Shown here in pieces: positions 18,490 through 26,712 of a stretch of 64,000 nt of DNA. Every line of letters begins with the position of its first letter. The first letter of the stretch is position 1. The notes under the pieces were generated by a model. The model was given only the letters and a program-made list of their open reading frames with translations. It was not told where the DNA came from and made no database searches. Both the position numbers and the translations under genes were made by a program. The stretch lies in assembly GCA_963727955.1 (NCBI GenBank), contig CAVSII010000006.1, forward strand, positions 5,183-69,182, read 5' to 3'. This DNA is from an uncultured Acidimicrobiaceae bacterium (lineage in GTDB: Bacteria; Actinomycetota; Acidimicrobiia; Acidimicrobiales; RAAP-2).

Positions 18490-20118
18490 ATGCGACGTGA
18501 CGAGCTGGAGAGGGTGATCGGTGGGCACATCCGCAACCTGCGGATCGGCCAGGGCCTGACCCAGGAGGAGGCGGCCGACAGGGCCAACGTCTCCCTCGGC
18601 GCCCTCAAGCACCTGGAGAGCGGAGCGGGGGCCACTGTCCACACCTTGGTCAAGGTGCTCCGGGCCCTCGGGCAGGAGGACTGGCTCGACACCTTGGAGC
18701 CCGGGACCGGAGCGTTCAACCCGCTCGACCTCCTGGCTGCCCGTGAGCAGGAGGGCCGAGCGAGCGCGGCCCCGGCGCGCCCCGCGGCGGAAGGCGGTGG
18801 CACGGTGAGCTACCAGCCGACCGACGTCATCGAGGTCCTGGCCTGGGGCCGGCGGGTCGGCGCGGTGGCCCTGGACCCGGACACCGGCTGGTACGCATTC
18901 GCCTACACCCGAGACTGGGTGGCCGGCGGCATTGAACTGGCCCCACTGCACATGGCCCTGAGCGAGCGGACCTACGAGTTCCCCCAACTGCGGCGGGAGA
19001 CCTACTACGGGCTCCCACCCCTGCTGGCCGACGCACTGCCCGACAGGTTCGGCAACGCCTTGGTCGATGCCTGGATGGCCGAGCAAGGGGTGGCGCCGAC
19101 TGACATCACGCCGCTCGACCGCCTGGCCTATGCGGCCGAGCGGGCCATGGGGGCGCTCGAGTTCCGGCCGCCGGCGCGCCCCGCGGCCAGCGAGCCCCCG
19201 ACGGCGGTCCAGCTGGCCGACCTCGTTCTCGCCGCCCGTCGCACGGTGCGCGGTGAGTTCGGCGGCGACGAGTCGGCCCACGCCGCCCTCCAACAGCTGA
19301 TCCAGGTCGGGACCAGTGCCGGCGGTGCACGGGCCAAGGCCGTGGTCGCCTTCAACCCCGAGACCTTCCAGGTCCACTCGGCCTACGACCGACACCCCGA
19401 CGGCTTCGAGCAGTGGCTGATCAAGCTGGATGGCGTGAGCGGTACCGGCATGGACGGGCACGGCGACCGGCTGGGCGCCAGTGCACCCTACGGGCGCATC
19501 GAGTTCGCCTACAGCGAGATGGCCAAGGCGGCCGGGATCGACATGATGCCCTGCCGGCTCCTGGCCGAGGGCCCCCGCCGCCACTTCATGACCAAGCGCT
19601 TCGACCGGGGCCCGGCCGGTGAGCGCTTCCATGTGATATCGCTGTGCGCGCTGGCCGACCTCGACTACAACCTGGTGGCCACCCACAGCTACGACCAGTA
19701 CCTGCAGAGCGTCAAGGCCCTCGGGCTCGGGCCCGAAGAACTGGCCGAGGCCTACCGACGGATGGTGTTCAACGTCATGGGGGTGAACCACGACGACCAC
19801 ACCAAAAACTTCGCCTTCATGCGCTCGGAGGCCACGGGGTGGAAGCTGACGCCGGCTTTCGACGTCACCCCCGCCTACAATCCGAACAGCCAGTGGACGA
19901 GCCGCCACCTCATGGCTGTGAACGGGAAGTTCGAGGGCATTGCCCTCGAGGATCTCCACGTCGTCGGCGATCGCAACGACGTGCCCGGATACCGTCGCAT
20001 CATCCGCCAGGTCCGCCAGGCGGTTTCGGAGTGGGCCAGCTTCGCCGCAGGAGCCGAGCTCGACGACGAGACCACCGCCGGCATCCAAACCGACATCGAG
20101 CGCTTCGCTCCCCGCTGA
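18490..20118 (+). CDS. HipA-family Ser/Thr kinase fused to an N-terminal XRE-type HTH (HipB-like) domain; YjjJ/HipH-like architecture as written
   Basis: ORF 18490..20118. Residues 1-70 carry the HTH: IRNLRIGQGLTQEEAADRANVSLGALKHLESG. From residue 106, VSYQPTDVIEVLAWGRRVGAV starts the HipA N-domain. The kinase core follows: GTSAGGARAKAVVAF...NHDDHTKNFAF...LTPAFDVTPAYN. A strong SD AGGAGG lies 6 nt before the ATG, and the upstream region is AT-rich. Confidence 0.85.
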   Translation: MRRDELERVIGGHIRNLRIGQGLTQEEAADRANVSLGALKHLESGAGATVHTLVKVLRALGQEDWLDTLEPGTGAFNPLDLLAAREQEGRASAAPARPAAEGGGTVSYQPTDVIEVLAWGRRVGAVALDPDTGWYAFAYTRDWVAGGIELAPLHMALSERTYEFPQLRRETYYGLPPLLADALPDRFGNALVDAWMAEQGVAPTDITPLDRLAYAAERAMGALEFRPPARPAASEPPTAVQLADLVLAARRTVRGEFGGDESAHAALQQLIQVGTSAGGARAKAVVAFNPETFQVHSAYDRHPDGFEQWLIKLDGVSGTGMDGHGDRLGASAPYGRIEFAYSEMAKAAGIDMMPCRLLAEGPRRHFMTKRFDRGPAGERFHVISLCALADLDYNLVATHSYDQYLQSVKALGLGPEELAEAYRRMVFNVMGVNHDDHTKNFAFMRSEATGWKLTPAFDVTPAYNPNSQWTSRHLMAVNGKFEGIALEDLHVVGDRNDVPGYRRIIRQVRQAVSEWASFAAGAELDDETTAGIQTDIERFAPR

Positions 20119-20402
20119 CGTCATCGGGACGCACAGGGTCGGCCTCGCGCCCGGTCGACCCGGATGCCACCATTTTTGACCACGCGAAGTACGTTCTCGA
20201 CCGCATTGAGTGGTCACCGAGCGGGCGCGGCCCGACCGCACTCGGCCGACCGTTCAAAAAGTGGTTCGACGGCCGTGCGCATCCGCTTCCGGTGTGCAAA
20301 TGTTGGTGCTCACAGTCAGGAGGGGTTCCTGCACGTCACTCTTTGCAGGGTTGGCGGGGTGGAGCACGGCTCCGAGGGGTCGTCAGCGAAAGGGCGGTTG
20401 TT

Positions 20403-23400
20403 ATGCGACTGGCATCGTCACCTTCGACGCGGAAGTCTGCGCGTTCGAATCACATCACCCGGTCCCATCTCGGCCGTCATGTGGGTGGCCGGGCATCCGT
20501 CCGACCGCTCGGCGCCCGTAGCGTGGTCAGCGCCTCCATGTGCGCCCTCATCGCCATGGCCATGGGGGTCGGCATCACCGCCGCCACCACGGCGACACCG
20601 GCCGGGGCGGTGGGCACATCGGTGACCGACACCGCGCTGACCGCTACGTCGTCGGAAGCAGGGGCCACCGATGTCAGTGTGCGGGTGAGTTTTGTGGCCA
20701 CCCACGCCCTCACCAACGGCACGGACAGCGTCACCCTCGACGCGTCGACCGGGTATGTGTTCCCCTCGGACTCGGCGTGCGACGTGTACAACGTGACCGA
20801 TCTCAACTCGGGCGACACTCCCGGGTGCAGTCCTCTCCAGAGCGGAGCCGGCACCAATGAGGTCACCCTGGCCGTGCCCAACGTCGCCGCCGGCGACCAG
20901 GTCAGTGTGGCCGTCGACGGTGTAACCAATCCCTCGGCCAAGGGCTCGGGCAGCATCTCGGTGTCCACCAGTCAAGATTCGACGCCCGTGGCCATCGCCA
21001 CCACCATCGTGAAGGCGGCGTCGGTGCTGGGGACCGACTTCAGCACCTCGGATTCGGGGGCCGATTACCAGGTGGGCTTCGAGTCCAACGCCGGGCTTTC
21101 CGAGCCCGACGGCAGCACGGTCGAATCGACGATCACCCTGCAGGCCGCAGCCGGGGTGACCTTTCCCTATCCCACCGAATCGTGCAGCACGTTCGCCGTC
21201 ACCGATCTCACCACCGGTGCCCAGGAGTGCTCGGCGGTGAGCGGAGGTGGCACCCGTCAGATCACTTTGGAGACGCCCAATGTGAGCCCCGGTGATGAGG
21301 TTCTGGTGGCCGTCGATGGCGTCGACAATTCCCCCGCCAGTCCCACGGTGGGGATCTGGACCACGTCGGATCCTGATCATCTGGCCGGGGTAGCCCCGGC
21401 ACCGGCCTCGGGTAGCTCGTTGGGAGCAGTGTCGTTCGCCACCAGTTCCACCGACGCCGGGGCCACGCAGGTGACCGACCAGCTACGCTTCACCGCCACC
21501 CAGACTCCCGCCGGCGCCTACTCGATCACCCTCGACGCGCCGTCGGGCACCGTCTTTCCGGTGTCGGGTTACGACAGCAGCTACCTGATCGATGACCTGA
21601 CCACCGGTGAATCGGGTGGCACAGGGCTGAACAACTACGAGGTCAGCGGGGCCGGAACCAACGACGTGCAGATCACCGACAACATCGCCTACGAGTCGCC
21701 ATATCCCCCCATCACCGCCGGCGATCAGATACTGGTGACGGTCAACAACGTCACCAATCCGACCAGTGCCGGAACCGGGACCCTCCAGGTGTCGGCTTCG
21801 TTCGACACCACGCCGACCACTATCAACGATCCGACATCGTCCCCAACCGCCGTCTCCAACATCGCCTTCACCGCCAGTTCGGATGGGGCAGGGGCCACCG
21901 GTGTCACCGATCTGATCCGCTTCACCGCCGGCCAGGCGGCCACCGGCGCCTACACCATCACATTGGACGCCCCGGTGGGGACCGTGTTCCCCGCTTCGGG
22001 GAACAACGACAACAGCTACCTGATCGAGAACCTGACCACCGGTCAGACAGGCGGCGGGGGACTCAACTACTACGTGGTCGACGGAGCCGGAAGCAACCAG
22101 GTGGTCATCAACGACGTGATCCCCTATGAATCGGGAGCTCCCTTCTTCAACCCCGGGGACCAGGTCCTGGTGACGGTCAACGGCGTCACCAATCCGACGG
22201 GGTCCCAAGACGCCACCATCGCCACGTCATCCGACCCGACACCGACCGATTTCGGACCCCTCGTCCCCTTGCCCCCCGACACCAACGGTCCCTTCGCTTT
22301 CGTCACCGGCCCGGGACCCAATCTCATCTCGCCGATCAACCTGGCCACCGACACCGAGGGGACTCCGTTCAATTTCGGCGCCGGTGAACCCGGCGGTATC
22401 GCCATCACCCCCAACGGTGATACCGCCTATGTGGTGGGTTTCGGCGCCGGCGACCAGATGGGTTCGTTCAACACGGTCACCGACCAGGTCGGCCCCACCA
22501 TCGATATCGGGAGCTCGGCCGGCGCCGTGGCCATCACCCCCGACGGGTCGACCGCCTACGTGGTCGGCAACGGGGACGACCTGGCCGTACCGGTCAACCT
22601 GGCCGCCCAGACGGTGGGGGAGCCCATAGATGTGGGAAGCGCCCCTTCGGCCATCGCCATCACCCCCGACGGGTCCACCGCCCTGGTGGTCAACTCGGGT
22701 GACGGCACGGTCACCCCCATCGACCTCGCCACCCAGACGGCCGAGACTCCGATAACGGTGGGGAGCGACCCGTCAGCCATTGCCATCACCCCCGACGGGT
22801 CGACCGCCCTGGTGGTCAACTCGGGTGACGGCACCGTCACCCCCATCGACATCGCCACCCAGACGGCCGAGGCGCCCATAACGGTGGGAAGTACCCCTGA
22901 TGCCATCGCCATCACCCCCAACGGATCGTCCGCCTTTGTGGCCAACGACAATGACGACACGGTCACCCCCATCGACATCGCCACCCTGACGGCGGGGACG
23001 CCCATCGCGGTGGGATCCGGCCCGAATGCCATCTCGGTGTCGCCCGACGGGACGGCGGCCTACGTGGTCAACGAGGGCAGTAACTCCGTCACGCCCATCA
23101 GCACGACCTCCGACACGACAGCCCCATCCGTGCCCACGGTCAACGATCCCTGGGACATTGCCATTACTCCCGACCAGGGCCCCACAGCCGCCCTGACGGC
23201 CACCACCACGGGGGCCACCACCAGCTTCGACGCCTCGGGCTCGGTGGCCGGCACTTCCCCCATCGTCTCCTACGCCTGGAACTTCGGTGACAGCGACACG
23301 GCGGTGACCACCACCCCGACCGAGTCCCACACCTACAGCGGCAGCGGCACCTACACGGCCACGGTGACCGAGACGGACGCGGCCGGCACCTCGACCAGCC

Positions 23401-24185
23401 AAGTCTTTACCGGCCAGACCATGAGCAACGACGGAACGGCGGCCGCCGAGGCCTCGGCCCCGGTGGTCATAACCACCACCGACTGCAGCGATGACAACAG
23501 CTGCTCGGCAGCCATCACCACACCGGCCACCGCCCAGACCCCGGCCCAGTCGATCAGCGTGACGGCCGCCGCCCCGAGCCAGCCCTCCCAGGCGCTGACG
23601 GTGACCTCGGGCCCCGGTCAACTGACCTGCGCGACCAAGGGCTTCTCCGTTCTGCAGCAGGTGACCTCCTACGTCACCACCTTCACCCCGACCGCCAACG
23701 TGACCGTGACCGACCAGTTGGCCGGGGTCAGTTCCACCGCCGGGGTCAAGGTGTGCTTCGTGGGCTCGAACAACGAGCCGCAAATCTTGCGCAAGTGCGC
23801 CAAGACCTCACCGGTGGCGCCCTGCGCCACGGTGGCCAAGATGTCCGATGCCGTACAAGTCACCATTCTGGTGGCGCCGGGCGATCCACGGTTCCGGATC
23901 GAGGGTGTCCAGGTGCTGAGCGAGATGCCGAAATCGGTCGCCGCCAAGGGAGTGATCGGCAAGACCATCGCCATCAAGGGCACCGACTTGTTGGGTACCA
24001 ACAGCCAGACGCTCCCGACGATCGCCTTCACGTCGGTCAACGGATCGACCATCGACGGCACCATCACCAAGTTCACCACCAAGGCCATCTCGGTGACGGT
24101 GCCCAACGGGGCCGCCACCGGTCCCATCGCCCTGTGCTGGCCCAACGAGACGGCGGACAGTGAGGGCCCCGTGGCCATCACCTGA
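20403..24185 (+). CDS. Large secreted modular surface protein: signal peptide, 4 related ~130-aa modules, YVTN-type beta-propeller, PKD domain, IPT/TIG domain
   Basis: In-frame ATG 20403 (alternative GTG 20481) in ORF 19644..24185. Signal-like segment: SVVSASMCALIAMAMGVGITAATTATPAGA. Four modules each end in ...GDQ(V/I)(S/L)V(A/T)V(D/N)GVTNP. Six to seven 42-aa blades read AIAITPDGSTALVVNSGDGTVTPIDLATQTAE.PITVGS.P. PKD motif: YAWNFGDSDTAVTTTPTESHTYSGSGTYTATVTETDAAG. The C-terminal TIG-like segment reads IKGTDLLG...ISVTVPNGAATGPIAL. Confidence 0.8.
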   Translation: MRLASSPSTRKSARSNHITRSHLGRHVGGRASVRPLGARSVVSASMCALIAMAMGVGITAATTATPAGAVGTSVTDTALTATSSEAGATDVSVRVSFVATHALTNGTDSVTLDASTGYVFPSDSACDVYNVTDLNSGDTPGCSPLQSGAGTNEVTLAVPNVAAGDQVSVAVDGVTNPSAKGSGSISVSTSQDSTPVAIATTIVKAASVLGTDFSTSDSGADYQVGFESNAGLSEPDGSTVESTITLQAAAGVTFPYPTESCSTFAVTDLTTGAQECSAVSGGGTRQITLETPNVSPGDEVLVAVDGVDNSPASPTVGIWTTSDPDHLAGVAPAPASGSSLGAVSFATSSTDAGATQVTDQLRFTATQTPAGAYSITLDAPSGTVFPVSGYDSSYLIDDLTTGESGGTGLNNYEVSGAGTNDVQITDNIAYESPYPPITAGDQILVTVNNVTNPTSAGTGTLQVSASFDTTPTTINDPTSSPTAVSNIAFTASSDGAGATGVTDLIRFTAGQAATGAYTITLDAPVGTVFPASGNNDNSYLIENLTTGQTGGGGLNYYVVDGAGSNQVVINDVIPYESGAPFFNPGDQVLVTVNGVTNPTGSQDATIATSSDPTPTDFGPLVPLPPDTNGPFAFVTGPGPNLISPINLATDTEGTPFNFGAGEPGGIAITPNGDTAYVVGFGAGDQMGSFNTVTDQVGPTIDIGSSAGAVAITPDGSTAYVVGNGDDLAVPVNLAAQTVGEPIDVGSAPSAIAITPDGSTALVVNSGDGTVTPIDLATQTAETPITVGSDPSAIAITPDGSTALVVNSGDGTVTPIDIATQTAEAPITVGSTPDAIAITPNGSSAFVANDNDDTVTPIDIATLTAGTPIAVGSGPNAISVSPDGTAAYVVNEGSNSVTPISTTSDTTAPSVPTVNDPWDIAITPDQGPTAALTATTTGATTSFDASGSVAGTSPIVSYAWNFGDSDTAVTTTPTESHTYSGSGTYTATVTETDAAGTSTSQVFTGQTMSNDGTAAAEASAPVVITTTDCSDDNSCSAAITTPATAQTPAQSISVTAAAPSQPSQALTVTSGPGQLTCATKGFSVLQQVTSYVTTFTPTANVTVTDQLAGVSSTAGVKVCFVGSNNEPQILRKCAKTSPVAPCATVAKMSDAVQVTILVAPGDPRFRIEGVQVLSEMPKSVAAKGVIGKTIAIKGTDLLGTNSQTLPTIAFTSVNGSTIDGTITKFTTKAISVTVPNGAATGPIALCWPNETADSEGPVAIT
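22650..22901. repeat. Two near-identical 126-bp tandem units (adjacent beta-propeller blades)
   Basis: Units 22650-22775 and 22776-22901 differ at only a handful of positions. Flanking blades have the same 126-bp period but are more diverged. Confidence 0.8.
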
Positions 24186-24380
24186 TTCGGTCTTGTTCAC
24201 CGAGATTCAGTGGAGCCCTTCGCCCTCTCGAATCCTTCACTCCCGCGCTCCACACCGAGGAACACCCTGCGACCGCTGGCACGCTTCTACGGCTCATGTA
24301 TTGCGTTTGATTTGGGCGCGTGCCATTCTCACGTTGCGGCGGGGCGAGGGCCCTGGGCTTTTGGCGAGAGGTGGATTCAG

Positions 24381-25931
24381 ATGCGGCGGAACGTTTTTTG
24401 TGTTGTCGTTTCTCTATTCCTGGGCGCGTTCGCGCTGATCGCAATTTCGAGTTCGGCTGGAGCAACTCCGGGGCCGAGGAAGCCGGGGAGGCCTACGAGT
24501 CTGGTCGTGACGCCGGTCCATACGGCCATCGTGGCCTCCTGGTCGGCTCCGAGCACCAATGGAGGCTCCACCATTACTGGGTATGAGGCATCGGTCACGC
24601 CCGGCCGTGAGACCTGCGTGGTTACCGGTACAACCTGTCTGGCAACGGGCCTCAAAAATGGCAAGAAATACACACTGAAGGTTCGGGCCATCAACGCTGT
24701 CGGTGCGGGAAGGGTTGCGCATGCGAAGCATGTCATCCCCACGACGACTCCGGACTGTGCGTACGTAGGGCCCTACGCCAACCTTGAGGGTTGCAACTTG
24801 AGCTACGCCAACGAGTCCGGCGTCAACCTGACCGAAGCCGACCTCAATGGTGCCGACCTCGAGGGCACTTATCTGGGTGACGCCGACCTGACCGACGCCG
24901 ACTTCAGTGGAGCCGGAACCAACGTGATGGGCGTTAACTTCTACGGGGCGGACATCCAGGGAGCCGAATTCTCGAGCAACGATTTCACCGGCATCAAATC
25001 GGGTGGGATCACGCTTTATGCTGGCGCGCGTCTCCCCACCGGGTGGGCCGTGGGCGACGGGTACCTGATGGGCCCTGGCGTCAACCTCAGTTACATCGAC
25101 TTGTCCAACGTGGTCTTCCCGGCGGCCGACCTGACCAACGCCGACTTCCAGGGTGACAACCTGTCCAACGACGACCTGACGGCGGTCACCAGCTTCGATG
25201 GGACCAACCTGCAGAACGTCGATTTCTACGGGGCGGACATCCAGGGAGTCGACTTCTCGACCAACGACTTCACCGGCATCACATCGGGTGGGGTCACCGG
25301 TACGCCGGCCGCTCTGCCCACCGGCTGGAACGTAGGCGACGGGTACCTGATGGGCCCCGGGGTCAACCTCAGTTACATCGACCTGTCCAACGTGGTCTTC
25401 CCGGCGGCCGACCTGACCAACGCCGACTTCCAGGGTGACAACCTGTCCAACGACGACCTGACGGCGGTCACCAGCTTCGATGGGACCAACCTGCAGAACG
25501 TCGATTTCTACGGGGCGGACATCCAGGGAGTCGACTTCTCGACCAACGACTTCACCGGCATCACATCGGGTGGGGTCACCGGTACGCCGGCCGCTCTGCC
25601 CACCGGCTGGAACGTAGGCGACGGGTACCTGATGGGCCCGGGGGTCAACCTCAGTTACATCGACCTGTCCAACGTGGTCTTCCCAGCGGCCGACCTGACC
25701 AACGCCGACTTCCAGGGTGACAACCTGTCCGGTACCACCCTTACATCAGCCACCACCTTCAGCGGAACCAACTTCGACAATGTCGACTTCTCCGGGGCCG
25801 ACCTGGCGGGGGCGGACTTGTCGAGCGCCGATCTGGCATCGGTGACGTGGTCGAACACGACGTGCCCCGACACATCCAATAGCGACACCAACGGCAGCAG
25901 CCCCCCCACCTGCATCGGATACGGGATCTGA
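24381..25931 (+). CDS. Secreted fibronectin type III + pentapeptide-repeat protein
   Basis: In-frame ATG 24381 in ORF 24210..25931. Signal peptide: MRRNVFCVVVSLFLGAFALIAISSSAGA. FN3 domain: PTSLVVTPVHTAIVASWSAPSTNGGSTITGYEA...KYTLKVRAINAVGAG. Long A(D/N)LxG-type pentapeptide repeats follow: NLTEADLNGADLEGTYLGDADLTDADFSGA... Confidence 0.8.
   Translation: MRRNVFCVVVSLFLGAFALIAISSSAGATPGPRKPGRPTSLVVTPVHTAIVASWSAPSTNGGSTITGYEASVTPGRETCVVTGTTCLATGLKNGKKYTLKVRAINAVGAGRVAHAKHVIPTTTPDCAYVGPYANLEGCNLSYANESGVNLTEADLNGADLEGTYLGDADLTDADFSGAGTNVMGVNFYGADIQGAEFSSNDFTGIKSGGITLYAGARLPTGWAVGDGYLMGPGVNLSYIDLSNVVFPAADLTNADFQGDNLSNDDLTAVTSFDGTNLQNVDFYGADIQGVDFSTNDFTGITSGGVTGTPAALPTGWNVGDGYLMGPGVNLSYIDLSNVVFPAADLTNADFQGDNLSNDDLTAVTSFDGTNLQNVDFYGADIQGVDFSTNDFTGITSGGVTGTPAALPTGWNVGDGYLMGPGVNLSYIDLSNVVFPAADLTNADFQGDNLSGTTLTSATTFSGTNFDNVDFSGADLAGADLSSADLASVTWSNTTCPDTSNSDTNGSSPPTCIGYGI
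25032..25735. repeat. 282-bp (94-codon) tandem repeat, ~2.5 copies, copies almost identical at the nucleotide level
   Basis: Unit starts are at 25032, 25314 and 25596. Each encodes LPTGW(A/N)VGDGYLMGPGVNLSYIDLSNVVFPAADLTNADFQGDNLSNDDLTAVTSFDGTNLQNVDFYGADIQGVDFSTNDFTGITSGGVTGTPAA. The third copy diverges after ...FQGDNLS. Confidence 0.9.
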
Positions 25932-26121
25932 TCCCTGCGTGCCGGGTCCGGCGGGGTTGTCACCACGTCTGTGAGTGGGGTAGGTGACACCCCGATGGAC
26001 CGGCAGGAGACGCAGCACCTACTGCGTGGGAGAGAAGAAGGGGATCATGACCGGTGCCATCACCGATGACGGCACGACGTTCGTCCTGACCCAGGTGTTC
26101 AGACCGGGCCGTCCTCACCGC

Positions 26122-26640
26122 TCAGTCGCCGGCGAAGGGCAGCGACCGGTCGATGTCCCAGCGGTGGTGGAAGGCGTCGTGGGCGTTGGCCAGGACCACG
26201 TCGGCTAGTGACAGCTCACCTCGTTCGGGGTGGATGAGGACCACGCCGGTGCGGGTGGTGCGCCCGATGGCGTGTTGCCAGCCGGCCACCGAGCGGGTGA
26301 GCGACCACTGGGCCGCCTGCAGGGGGATGGTGGCGTAGCCCCGGGCCCGGGCCAGTTCGTTCTCGTCGTAGCCGCCCACCCGGCGGGGGGCGCCGGCGGC
26401 GATGCCGGCCAGGCGTTCCGACCAGATGCGCAGGTTGTCACCCACGTGGCACACGTAGGCGGTCACCGACCACTCCAGTTGGGGATGTTGCTCGGTGCCG
26501 GTGGCGTCGTCGAGGAGGTGGGCGTAGTTGCTCGGCACCCGGGCCACGTAGGCGGTGGCCGGGCCCACACCCATGGTCCACTCGAACTGGCACTGGCGGC
26601 AGGGATCGCCGTAGGTCGCAGCACCCCAGTTGCTCACCAC
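26122..26640 (-). CDS. DinB/YfiT-like (mycothiol-dependent isomerase-like fold) family protein
   Basis: Only the 3' end of the 715-aa ORF 26122..28269 looks coding: (VV)SNWGAATYGDPCRQCQFEWTMGVGPATAYVARVP...EWSVTAYVCHVGDNLRIWSERLAG...ANAHDAFHHRWDI. The start is either GTG 26640/26637 or ATG 26574. Confidence 0.5.
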   Translation of the reverse strand: MVSNWGAATYGDPCRQCQFEWTMGVGPATAYVARVPSNYAHLLDDATGTEQHPQLEWSVTAYVCHVGDNLRIWSERLAGIAAGAPRRVGGYDENELARARGYATIPLQAAQWSLTRSVAGWQHAIGRTTRTGVVLIHPERGELSLADVVLANAHDAFHHRWDIDRSLPFAGD

Positions 26641-26712
26641 CTGATTGTGCCATCCTGAGGATGGCCACGCGCCGGCGCTGTACGGGGGGCGTCCCTGGCC
26701 CGAGGAGGATGG

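Noticed and set aside
19644-20402. The 5' 760 nt of the 1,513-aa ORF, overlapping the end of the HipA gene
   Set aside because: This part overlaps the HipA kinase in another frame and reads as Arg/Pro-rich filler. The signal-peptide-like segment and first structured module begin only after 20403/20481.
20425-20460. GTTCGAATC (tRNA T-loop-like motif) near 20441
   Set aside because: The flanking bases cannot form a T-stem (gcgcg / cacat). No acceptor, D or anticodon arms can be drawn upstream. I found no convincing tRNA anywhere in the window.
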